A DNA stretch of 64,000 nucleotides from Clostridia bacterium (GTDB lineage Bacteria; Bacillota; Clostridia; Oscillospirales; CAG-272). A program made the translations under genes and the position numbers. Location: positions 16,576-80,575 of the forward strand of contig JAFVTV010000037.1 in the NCBI GenBank assembly GCA_017502975.1. The letters are read 5' to 3'. Shown here piece after piece: positions 38,899-48,068 of this stretch; within the stretch, counting starts at the first letter, position 1, and each line of letters opens with the position of its first letter. The notes under the pieces were generated by a model that had not been told where the DNA came from, made no database searches, and saw only the letters and a list, made by a program, of their open reading frames with translations.

Positions 38899-41800
38899 TC
38901 AATTAATTTCCGGCAACAAGATCTCATCGCCAAAAACATCGATAGTGTAATCCAAACCGTCAATCACCGGCAGTTCGGGCTGCTCGGGTTCGGGTTCCGG
39001 TTCGGGTTCGGGCTGCTCGGGCAGGGTGGTATCGGAGAAGAAATTGCCGCGCCACAAGAGATATCCTTCGCCACTGTATACTTTACTTGTTTGCTGTCCG
39101 GTAGAGAAGTCCAACCCAAACGGCGTTTTCGAGGTTTGCCCAATAAAATAACCTGTTCCGTAGGAGAAGGCGTCTGTGCTACCCGGATTTGTAAGGCCGT
39201 TCAGAAATTCAGTTGCCTCTCTTAACACCTCTTCAGGAGTGCTTGCCTTACCAAGACCCGCAACACCGCTTGCAGCAAAGGTGATTGTGGGATTATACGT
39301 TCCACTGCTTAGTCTGTAGCCTGATATGATGTAGCGCCAACTGATGTTTTTGATTGCATCATAGTTTTCATGCTTATATTTTTTCGAACTTGTGTTTGAG
39401 ATTTGACCTGCAACCTCAGCAGCATTATTTTGCCACAGAATAATTTGGGGATTGATAAGCTCATAAAGCTCTCCCTCGCCACCAGATCCGTGATGCCCAT
39501 TTGTCATGATATCGGATTCAAGATAGCTGCCGTAGGCGGCGCGCATCATTCTTGCTGTGCGTGCGTAAATATCACCAAGCGACATCAAGCTCACCTTGGA
39601 GGATGCAACGGCATTGGCGCTGACTGTACCACCAACTTGCATGTTGTGTGCATGCGTTGTTAAGCGAATGACCGTGCAGGCATTGTTAAAGGCAATCGTT
39701 GACCAAGGGTGCATATCCTCGGGCGTGAACATAACCTCAAATTCAAGGTTTGCCACAAAGAATTTTTGACCGGTGTGCACGTTATAATAGGGTACGGGAT
39801 CGCTAGCCCCCTTTGAGGTGCCCTTAAACCAGTTGGAGGTGCCAATATAGTTTCGTAGAGTATTGCTAACAGAGGGCGCATTGTAGATCTCATCGTTTGA
39901 GGGGAAATTTGTAATAATGGCATCCAGCACAACGGTATTACCAAAATAAGAGGAAAATCCTGACAACAGGCCCCAATGGTCACCGTGTCCGTGCGTGAGA
40001 TACCATGCCGCAATACGGATGGGACTGCTGGATGTGGGATTGCTGCCATATACTTCCTTATAAAGCGCTTTTAGTACATTGTAGAATTCCGAAACATTTG
40101 CGTTACTTGCACCGTCTATGATAACAAAGGAGCCATCCTCCAGCGTGTAGACGTAGCAGCCCTTTCCATCGTATGGACGCTCTACCACGGTAAGCTTGGA
40201 ATCTGTAACCTTTGTATAAGACTGCTTGGTAAGGAATTTTTCGGGGAGAATATGATTTACATAAGAAACACTGTCGGTTATCGTAGAGGAGATTACGCGC
40301 AGAGTAGGTGTAAACATATCAGCCAGCGTTGTAGTACTACCTTCGCTAAGAAACTGCGTAGAAGCGTGCTTGTACGCGTTATACATGATGTGAAGCATAA
40401 TACCGTTGCCATTGTTGGCGGTGCGGTTCACAAGCGTTATAAAATAGCTGTCCTCAACCGCGCGCTCTTCCATATATACGGTATATCCGCTGTCCTTCAG
40501 TTTATTTACATAGCGCGTGTAATCTTCAACCGTTGCGTCAAGATAGTAAAGTTGAAGCTCTCCATTGGATACGTTTACAGCACCCGAGAGTGCAAGCTCA
40601 TCGGGTCTGGGATAATTGGTAATAAGCTGCTTTACATCACTTGCCACATTGCCCGTGCCTGTAGCGTCTGAAACGCTGTCAAATGCATCTGTAAAGCCGT
40701 TGTTATAGCCATTTTCAAACTCGAAATCAGCAGGGATAGCATAAACGTCTGCCGTACCGTCACCGTTTACGTCCAGGGCGTAATCATCAAGGCTTTCAAG
40801 GAACAGGCTCTTTGCCAAGCGCAACGTAGCATCATCATAAGAGGTAATCACAACGTTGCCGTCCTTTATGAAGTAGCCGTAATATCCTACGTCCTTACCA
40901 CTCGCCAGCAAAAGCTCGCGTGCAAGATCGGTAAGACCAATATGAATCGCACTGCCGCTCACAACAAAGCTATCCGGCACATAAATGCAGTTATAGCCGG
41001 AGGTCGCTAACTGATCACCGATCTGCTTTGCCACAAACAAGGGGGCATCCACAAGGATATATTCATTTGCCTCGAGATTGTACAAATGCGTGCCCGAATA
41101 TCTGAATTTGATCGATGAAAAGGCATCTTCATGCTTAAGCGATCCGTCATTAAACTGAGGCAACAGGTTATAGGCATTGGCATCACGCGTGTGAGAATAT
41201 ACAAAGGGAGTTTCCCAGTTAAGCGTAACCATTTGCACGTTGGAGGCAACGATCTCGGTGAGATCAAACGCGGCGCCATTTGCCGCCTTGCAAATTCCCT
41301 CAAACACAGAAAGTGCCTGCATGGTAAGTGCATCGTTACTGCCTGCGATTACAATCTGCTCGCCGATTACACCGATATAGTAGCCGTAGCCCTCTACCTT
41401 TGCAAGGGCTTGCTTTACGGCGGCATTCGTAGCGCCCTTGCCACCGATCAAAATTTGATGTGTGCCGGAACCGGAGCCATAGGTTGCAAAGAAATCAATC
41501 GCCTTGCTTTGCAGATTAGTACCCGCTGTACCGCTAAAATTAACGGTTTTAACAGGAATAACACCTTCAGCAACGGTTAAAGGCTGACAATTGCCATACT
41601 CACGCAAAAGCGCTTGATCTTGTGTATTGTACGGGCTGAATGCGCCGGGCATATACTCTGATCTGTGCGGATAATCCTCACTTAACACAGACGAGCAATC
41701 CTTATACGCCATTTGAGAAACGAGTGCCATGGTACGCGCGTTTTGCGTCACATCGTAGGCGCTGTAATAATACGTACCGTCTACACACACGTAAGCTACT

Positions 41801-42900
41801 GCGGCATACGCACGCTCACAGCTATTTAAATATATCAATCCGCCGTTAAAATCAATGCTGCCATCCTGCTGATATATAATGCTATTTTGAGCGGGAATAT
41901 CAACATAACACGGTGAAGCTCCCGCCCCTTCTCCCCATGTTTTAAGGTTAGCGTGTGTAAAGCTACCTGCAGCCGCAACGTAATCGGCAGGCGCGATCAG
42001 CGTACCAAAGGTATAGCTCTTTTGCGCCAGAGCAGTTACGACCGAGCTCGGAATGGTAGAGTAAAACAAAAGACCCGGCTGGTTATCGACAAGGGCAACC
42101 GAGGCGCCCTCATCCATAACGGGCGCATACGCAGTGTTGCCATTTCCCCCATAGACTTTATAGCAATAATAATTGCTGCCATTATATTGAACGACAACAG
42201 TGTTGTTGGCAAACGGAATATCCTCACCGACAGCATTGTTGACATCCACGATATAGTTTTTAACATTGCGAGAAAGAAAAACTACATTGCCAATCACCAC
42301 CTTGGAATTACTTGCAGAAGCATCAATCAGCTGAGAGGTGGTTGCGCGATGATCGATAAACATGCCGCCCGAAAGCTTAATATCTACGTCATTAAGGTAA
42401 AGAACCTTGGTGGGATCGGCATAATTCCCTTCATTTATCTCATCAGTCACACCAACACGCGTGCGTAAAATCGCGCCGCCGTTGTCGCCGCTAGCCACTG
42501 CCTCCATGATATACGCACCGCCCGTGATCGTAAAGCCATCACCATTAGCCTTACTCAGCGCAATATCAAACAAAACATTGCTCTTGGCAATAAAGGTGCC
42601 ACCGCTGAAGGTTACGTTGCCCGCATTGATCAAAAAACTGCCGGACGTGAGTGTAACGGTTACATCCGAAGAACTGCCGCGCAAGGTATAGGTTGCGTTT
42701 TGGCTAAACGTGATATCACCAGAAACAGACATGCTTGCGGTTACAACAATTTCATCACCGTTTTTAACCTTGCTCAGTGCGCTTTCAAGTTCTGCCTTCG
42801 TATCTACCTGATACGTTGTAGCAGATGCCGCAACGGCGGTTACCGTAAGCAGCAAAGCTACCAAAAAAGCAAACAAAATAAAACGTATTTGTTTTTTCAT
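38899..42900 (-). CDS. Large secreted modular MBL-fold protein, paralog 2 (short beta-helix region)
   Basis: Same architecture as paralog 1; WYLTHGHGDH, NGHHG; ends DYTIDVFGDEILLPEIN; ATG 42900. Confidence 0.8.
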   Translation of the reverse strand: MKKQIRFILFAFLVALLLTVTAVAASATTYQVDTKAELESALSKVKNGDEIVVTASMSVSGDITFSQNATYTLRGSSSDVTVTLTSGSFLINAGNVTFSGGTFIAKSNVLFDIALSKANGDGFTITGGAYIMEAVASGDNGGAILRTRVGVTDEINEGNYADPTKVLYLNDVDIKLSGGMFIDHRATTSQLIDASASNSKVVIGNVVFLSRNVKNYIVDVNNAVGEDIPFANNTVVVQYNGSNYYCYKVYGGNGNTAYAPVMDEGASVALVDNQPGLLFYSTIPSSVVTALAQKSYTFGTLIAPADYVAAAGSFTHANLKTWGEGAGASPCYVDIPAQNSIIYQQDGSIDFNGGLIYLNSCERAYAAVAYVCVDGTYYYSAYDVTQNARTMALVSQMAYKDCSSVLSEDYPHRSEYMPGAFSPYNTQDQALLREYGNCQPLTVAEGVIPVKTVNFSGTAGTNLQSKAIDFFATYGSGSGTHQILIGGKGATNAAVKQALAKVEGYGYYIGVIGEQIVIAGSNDALTMQALSVFEGICKAANGAAFDLTEIVASNVQMVTLNWETPFVYSHTRDANAYNLLPQFNDGSLKHEDAFSSIKFRYSGTHLYNLEANEYILVDAPLFVAKQIGDQLATSGYNCIYVPDSFVVSGSAIHIGLTDLARELLLASGKDVGYYGYFIKDGNVVITSYDDATLRLAKSLFLESLDDYALDVNGDGTADVYAIPADFEFENGYNNGFTDAFDSVSDATGTGNVASDVKQLITNYPRPDELALSGAVNVSNGELQLYYLDATVEDYTRYVNKLKDSGYTVYMEERAVEDSYFITLVNRTANNGNGIMLHIMYNAYKHASTQFLSEGSTTTLADMFTPTLRVISSTITDSVSYVNHILPEKFLTKQSYTKVTDSKLTVVERPYDGKGCYVYTLEDGSFVIIDGASNANVSEFYNVLKALYKEVYGSNPTSSSPIRIAAWYLTHGHGDHWGLLSGFSSYFGNTVVLDAIITNFPSNDEIYNAPSVSNTLRNYIGTSNWFKGTSKGASDPVPYYNVHTGQKFFVANLEFEVMFTPEDMHPWSTIAFNNACTVIRLTTHAHNMQVGGTVSANAVASSKVSLMSLGDIYARTARMMRAAYGSYLESDIMTNGHHGSGGEGELYELINPQIILWQNNAAEVAGQISNTSSKKYKHENYDAIKNISWRYIISGYRLSSGTYNPTITFAASGVAGLGKASTPEEVLREATEFLNGLTNPGSTDAFSYGTGYFIGQTSKTPFGLDFSTGQQTSKVYSGEGYLLWRGNFFSDTTLPEQPEPEPEPEPEQPELPVIDGLDYTIDVFGDEILLPEIN

Positions 42901-42951
42901 ATTCACTCTCTCCTTTATAAAAAGATTGGGAGTAACACTTTCCATGATACC

Positions 42952-43012
42952 ATTATATCAATCTTTGTAATCTGTGTCAACCTTTTGAAAATAATTTCTA
43001 CTTTTCAACCAA
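42952..43012 (-). promoter_or_regulatory. SigmaA promoter plus conserved upstream box of paralog 2
   Basis: TTGACA(42980-75)-17-TATAAT(42957-52); box TTGGTTGAAAAGTAGAAATT at 43012-42993. Confidence 0.75.
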
Positions 43013-43089
43013 AGCTAAAGCAAAGAAAAAACGGAGGCGTTCCCTTCCTTTCGCTTGTTCAAAATAGCGTACTGCTACTGTGTATATGT

Positions 43090-43121
43090 GTAAAAAAGCA
43101 CCCCTGCGGGTGCTTTTTTAC
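43090..43121 (-). terminator. Terminator of paralog 3 (near-identical to 38811-38846)
   Basis: gtaaaaaagcaccc-ctgc-gggtgcttttttac. Confidence 0.85.
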
Positions 43122-43177
43122 TTTGGTTAAATTTTTAGATAACGTAGAAATATCCTCTGTTTTCAGTTTCCACAAAA

Positions 43178-46100
43178 TCATTTGATTTCCGGCAACAAGA
43201 TCTCATCGCCAAAAACATCGATAGTGTAATCCAAACCGTCAATCACCGGCAGTTCGGGCTGCTCGGGCTGTTCGGGCTGCTCGGGTTCGGGCTGCTCCGG
43301 CTCGGGTTGCTCCGGCAGTGTGGTATCAGAAAAGTAGTTGCCACGCCACAAAAGATATCCTTCACCACTGTATGCGGTTGCGCTCTTGTTGGTGAAGAAG
43401 TCATACGAAACATAGTAACCGGTTCCATAAGAGATCGTGGAGCTGCTGTTTATATTTTGAAGTCCTTCCACAAACGCCTGTGCCTGCTTGCGCACCTCTT
43501 CATCGGTGGTTGCCTTGCCAAGACCGGCAACACCGTTTGCGCCAAATGTAATCGTAGGATTATACGTTCCACTACTTAACCTGTAGCCGGATATAATATA
43601 GCGCCAACGGGTGTTTTTGATCATCTCGAGATTCTCGCTGGTATTTCTATCCGTGGCACTGCTCGAAGTCTTGCTCTTCACACCGGAAGCCTTATTTTGC
43701 CACAAAATGATTTGGGGATTAATGAGCTGATAAAGCTCACCCTCGCCGCCCGTACCGTGATGCCCATTCGTCATGATATCGGATTCAAGATAACTGCCAT
43801 AAGCTGCACGCATCATTCTTGCCGAGCGTGCGTAAATATCACCAAGCGACATTAGGCTTACCTTAGAGGATGCAACGGCATTGGCGCTAACAGTACCACC
43901 CACTTGCACGTTATGTGCATGCGTCGTTAAGCGAATGACCGTGCAGGCATTGTTAAATGCTGCTGTTGACCAGGGGTGCATATCCTCAGGTGTAAACATA
44001 ACCTCAAATTCAAGGTTGCCAATATAGAATTTTTGACCCGTGTGCACGTTATAGAAGGGCACGGGATCACTAGTCCCATTTGAAGTGCCCTTGTACCAGC
44101 TGGATGTGCCGATCCAGTTGCGTATGGTATTGTTAACGGAGGGCGCATTGTAGATCTCATCGTTTGAGGGGAAATTCGAGATAATGGCATCCAATACAAC
44201 CGGATAAGAACTGCTACTCAAATATGAGGAAAAACCGTTTAACAACCCAGAATGGTCACCGTGGGTGTGTGTGAGATACCACGCTGCTATGCGAATGGGC
44301 TTGCTTGACGTGGGATTGCTGCCATATATTCCTTTATAAAGCACCTTTAGTACATTGTAAAATTCCGAAACATTTTTGTTGCTTGCGCCGTCTATGATAA
44401 CAAAGGAGCCGTCCTCAAGCGTATAAATGTAACAACCCTTTCCATCATATGGACGCTCTACCACGGTAAGCTTGGAATCTGTAACCTTTGTATAAGACTG
44501 CTTGGTAAGGAACTTTTGAGGCAAGATATGATTTACATAGGAAACACTGTCTGTTATTTTTGAGGAAATGACGCGCAATGTGGGAGTAAACATATCAGAC
44601 AGCATAGTAGTACTATCATCGCCAAAGACCTGTGTGGAAGCGTGCTTGTAAGCGTTATACATGATGTGAAGCATAATACCGTTTCCATTGTTGGCATTGC
44701 GGTTTACAAGCGTCACAAAGTAACTGCCCTCTACCTCACGCTCTGCCATATATACGGTATACCCACTTTGCTTCAGCTTGCTGAAGTAGCGCGTGTAATC
44801 ATCAAGCGTTGCATCAAGATAGTAAAGCTCAATCTCGCCGTTGGATACGTTTACCGCACCCGAAAGTGCAAGGTCATCAGGGCGAGGATAGTTGGTAATA
44901 AGCTGCTTGACTTCATCGGCAACATTACCTGTTCCGGTTGCACCGGAAACACTATCAAAGGCACCTGTAAAGCCATTATTATAGCCTTTCTCAAACTCAT
45001 AATCCGAAGGGATGGCATATACGTCAGCCGTTCCGTCGCCATTTACATCCAAAGCATAGTCAGCAAGGTCGTCAAGGAATACCTTCTTTGCAAGGCGCAG
45101 AGTCGCGTCGTCATACGAGGTAATAACCACATTGCCATCCTTTACAAAATAGCCGTAATAGCCTACATCTTTCCCTCCCGCAAGCAGAAGCTCGCGTGCA
45201 AGAGAGGTAAGACCGATATGAATGGCGCTGTCACTTATAGCAAAGCTATCCGGCACATAGACACCGTTATATTCGGACCCTGTAAGCGTTTTAGAGATCT
45301 CCATTGCCAAAAACAGCGGGGCATCGACAAGGGTCCATTCGTTTGCCTCAAGATTGTACAAATGTTTACCGGAGGAAGCGAATTTAATCGATGAAAACGC
45401 ATCGTCATGCTTAGCAGTTGAGGTAATATACTGAGGCAACAAGTTATAAGCTCCTGCATAACGCGTGTGCGAATATACAAACGGAGTTTCCACATTCAGC
45501 GTGGTCATCTGCACGTTAGAAACAATAATCTCGGTAAGATCAAACGCAGCGCCGTTTGCCGCTTTGCAAATTGCCTCAAATGCGTCAAGTGCCTGCATAA
45601 TGAGCGCATCGTTACTGCCGGCAATCACGATCTTATTATCCATCACGCCGATATAGTAACCAAAGCCCTCTACCTCGGCAAGCGCCTTCTTTACGGTAGA
45701 GCCCTTACTACCCACCAAAACAGAGGTGCCGGAGGAGCCATAGCCATAGCTTGCAAGCGTTTGCGCAAGGGCTGTTGCCTTGTTTTGCAGATTTGCTCCC
45801 GCCGTACCGTCAAAGGAAACTGCGGCAGCAGGCTTAACACCTTGCGCAGTGGTCAGCGTGTGCGTATAGCTACTGTATTGGCGCAAAAGCTCCTGCTCTG
45901 CCACGCTGTATTCGCTATACGCACCGGAAATATACGTTGATGCATACAGATAATCTTCGGTTTGTATCAGTGAAAAATCCCTATAGGCATCCTTGGAGAT
46001 CTGCGCCATGGTACGCGCATTCTCCGTTACAGTATAGCTGCTGTAATAATACGTGCCATCAACGCACACGTAGGACACTGCGGCATATGAACGCTCACAG

Positions 46101-47872
46101 CTGTTTAAGTATATCAAGCCGCCGTTAAAGTAAATACTGCCGTCCGGTTGACGTATAATACTGTTTTGTGCAGGAATATCTGCATAATATGTTGCAACAC
46201 CTGCCTTTTCGCCCCAAGTCTTGAGCTTGGCGTGCGTAAAGCCACCGGCTGCCGCAACGTAATCGGCAGGCGCAATAAGCGTACCAAAGGTATAGCTCTT
46301 CTGTGCCAAAGCAGTCACAACAGTGCTCGGAACAGTAGAGAAAAACAAAAGTCCCGGCTTATCATCCACAAGAGCAACGGAGGCACCCTCAAGCATAATG
46401 GGAGAATAGGTCGTATCGCCTTCTTGATAGAATTTGCAGCAATAATAATTAGCGCCGTTATATTTAACAATTACGGTGTTGTTTGCAAATGGGATGTCCT
46501 CACCTGACGCACTGTTTTCATTATTGATATCCACCATATAATTCTTGGCATAACGGGAAAGCAGCGCCGCATTGCCAAGCACCACCTTCGATTTGCTGGC
46601 TGAAGCATCAATAAGCGGCGAAGTGGTGGCGCGTTGGTCAATAAGGAAACCGCCCGAAAGCTTGATATCCACGTCAGTCAGATAATACATCTTTGCGGGA
46701 TCGGCATAGCTTGCCTGCTCGTTCACCTCAAAGGTTACGCCAACACGCGTGCGCAGGATCACGCCGCCCCTATAACCGCTCATAAGCTCCTCAAGTATAT
46801 AAGTACCGCCGGTGATCTCAAAGCTATCCCCTGCCTGCTTACTGAGCGCGATATCAAACATAACTCTACCCTTGGTTGTAAAGGTGCCGCCGCTAAAGGT
46901 AAATTTGCCTGCCGTGGCATAGACCAAAGGGGTGGGGGCGCCCACAACAGTCCCCTTAAACGTACCGCCCGAAACGATTACCGCACCGCTTGGAGAAGCT
47001 TCTCTGGTTTTATAATAATAGATCAGCGCGCAGTTGCCCGCTTCACTTGCGGTAGAGGTAAAGGTGCCACCGGAAATATTCAGTTGATTGCAGCGATCGA
47101 TACGAACGCCTGTGGTTAAATTATTAAAGGTACCACCGGTGATCGTGACAACAGAATTTGTGCTGCTTGAATCTAAAAAGAGCACCGCACACTCGTAGGG
47201 TGCATCATTGTCGCGGGTAAAAGTACCACCGTTTATGGTAATTTTACCGCCGTTACTGTTTGAGCACAAAAGGTGCGCTTTTTGATCCATAGCAGACACT
47301 AAGGTCGTATTTTGATAAAAAGCTCCTCCGTCGATCGTAAGATCGCATAGATTTGCGGCACGATTTGAACCATAAAAGGTGCCGCTTTTAATGGTGAGCT
47401 TGCCCTTCTCAAGCAAGAAAGCACAACCGGTTGAAGTGTTAGAAGTACCGTTCGCAGAGCCCTTTGACTCAATGTACGTGCTTGCATTGTTGCCACCCGC
47501 TTCACCAATGGTAACAGTTGCCGCAGAATTCTTAATTACGATAGCGCTATTCGTGCTTGATATCACACGAATGTTTTTTATCGTAACATTGCCGGTGGTG
47601 ATCTTAAGGCTACCAGACGTCAAAGTAACGGTAACACTTGATGAACTGCCACGCAACGTGTAGGTTACGTTTCTGCTAAACGCAACGTCACCGGAAACCG
47701 ACATGCTTGCGGTCACCACAATTTCATCACCGCTGTTAACAGCAGACAAAGCGCTTTCAAGCTCCGCCTCGGTATCCACCTCACGGACCGTAGCTGATGC
47801 CGCAACGGCGGTTACCGTAAGCAGCAAGGCTACCAAAAAAGCAAACAAAATAAAACGTATTTGTTTTTTCAT
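43178..47872 (-). CDS. Large secreted modular MBL-fold protein, paralog 3
   Basis: Same architecture; WYLTHTHGDH, NGHHG; ends DYTIDVFGDEILLPEIK; ATG 47872 (or 47878). Confidence 0.8.
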   Translation of the reverse strand: MKKQIRFILFAFLVALLLTVTAVAASATVREVDTEAELESALSAVNSGDEIVVTASMSVSGDVAFSRNVTYTLRGSSSSVTVTLTSGSLKITTGNVTIKNIRVISSTNSAIVIKNSAATVTIGEAGGNNASTYIESKGSANGTSNTSTGCAFLLEKGKLTIKSGTFYGSNRAANLCDLTIDGGAFYQNTTLVSAMDQKAHLLCSNSNGGKITINGGTFTRDNDAPYECAVLFLDSSSTNSVVTITGGTFNNLTTGVRIDRCNQLNISGGTFTSTASEAGNCALIYYYKTREASPSGAVIVSGGTFKGTVVGAPTPLVYATAGKFTFSGGTFTTKGRVMFDIALSKQAGDSFEITGGTYILEELMSGYRGGVILRTRVGVTFEVNEQASYADPAKMYYLTDVDIKLSGGFLIDQRATTSPLIDASASKSKVVLGNAALLSRYAKNYMVDINNENSASGEDIPFANNTVIVKYNGANYYCCKFYQEGDTTYSPIMLEGASVALVDDKPGLLFFSTVPSTVVTALAQKSYTFGTLIAPADYVAAAGGFTHAKLKTWGEKAGVATYYADIPAQNSIIRQPDGSIYFNGGLIYLNSCERSYAAVSYVCVDGTYYYSSYTVTENARTMAQISKDAYRDFSLIQTEDYLYASTYISGAYSEYSVAEQELLRQYSSYTHTLTTAQGVKPAAAVSFDGTAGANLQNKATALAQTLASYGYGSSGTSVLVGSKGSTVKKALAEVEGFGYYIGVMDNKIVIAGSNDALIMQALDAFEAICKAANGAAFDLTEIIVSNVQMTTLNVETPFVYSHTRYAGAYNLLPQYITSTAKHDDAFSSIKFASSGKHLYNLEANEWTLVDAPLFLAMEISKTLTGSEYNGVYVPDSFAISDSAIHIGLTSLARELLLAGGKDVGYYGYFVKDGNVVITSYDDATLRLAKKVFLDDLADYALDVNGDGTADVYAIPSDYEFEKGYNNGFTGAFDSVSGATGTGNVADEVKQLITNYPRPDDLALSGAVNVSNGEIELYYLDATLDDYTRYFSKLKQSGYTVYMAEREVEGSYFVTLVNRNANNGNGIMLHIMYNAYKHASTQVFGDDSTTMLSDMFTPTLRVISSKITDSVSYVNHILPQKFLTKQSYTKVTDSKLTVVERPYDGKGCYIYTLEDGSFVIIDGASNKNVSEFYNVLKVLYKGIYGSNPTSSKPIRIAAWYLTHTHGDHSGLLNGFSSYLSSSSYPVVLDAIISNFPSNDEIYNAPSVNNTIRNWIGTSSWYKGTSNGTSDPVPFYNVHTGQKFYIGNLEFEVMFTPEDMHPWSTAAFNNACTVIRLTTHAHNVQVGGTVSANAVASSKVSLMSLGDIYARSARMMRAAYGSYLESDIMTNGHHGTGGEGELYQLINPQIILWQNKASGVKSKTSSSATDRNTSENLEMIKNTRWRYIISGYRLSSGTYNPTITFGANGVAGLGKATTDEEVRKQAQAFVEGLQNINSSSTISYGTGYYVSYDFFTNKSATAYSGEGYLLWRGNYFSDTTLPEQPEPEQPEPEQPEQPEQPELPVIDGLDYTIDVFGDEILLPEIK
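43249..43318 (-). repeat. Coding tandem repeat (PEQ/PE linker); shorter counterpart at about 38970-39024
   Basis: Repeated tcgggctgc/tcgggt units encoding PEQPEPEQPEPEQPEQPEQPE versus PEQPEPEPEPEQPE. Confidence 0.75.
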
Positions 47873-47921
47873 ATTCATTCTCCTTTATGCAGGATTAAAA
47901 AGCAGACACCTATATTACTTT

Positions 47922-47982
47922 AGTATAACATTCTTCACAATTTCTGTCAACAAGCTACATTTAATTTCTCTGTTTTCACCAA
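47922..47982 (-). promoter_or_regulatory. SigmaA promoter plus conserved upstream box of paralog 3
   Basis: TTGACA(47950-45)-17-TATACT(47927-22); box TTGGTGAAAACAGAGAAATT at 47982-47963. Confidence 0.75.
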
Positions 47983-47993
47983 ATAACAAACAT

Positions 47994-48023
47994 AAAAAAG
48001 ACGGGATTGACCCCGTCCTTTTT
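47994..48023 (-). terminator. Terminator after pfk
   Basis: aaaaaagacggg...cccgtccttttt. Confidence 0.65.
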
Positions 48024-48068
48024 GGTTTATCCTTGTAAAAAATGACTCTAAATCAATATGTTTTTAGA

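Noticed and set aside
31602-47878. Diversity-generating retroelement (TR/VR) explanation for the repeated 3' ends
   Set aside because: There is no reverse transcriptase in the window, and the differences between copies are not adenine-specific but mostly synonymous.
38899-47878. Invertible (shufflon) or integron-cassette locus
   Set aside because: All copies are co-oriented with their own promoters; no recombinase, convincing inverted sites or attC sites were found.
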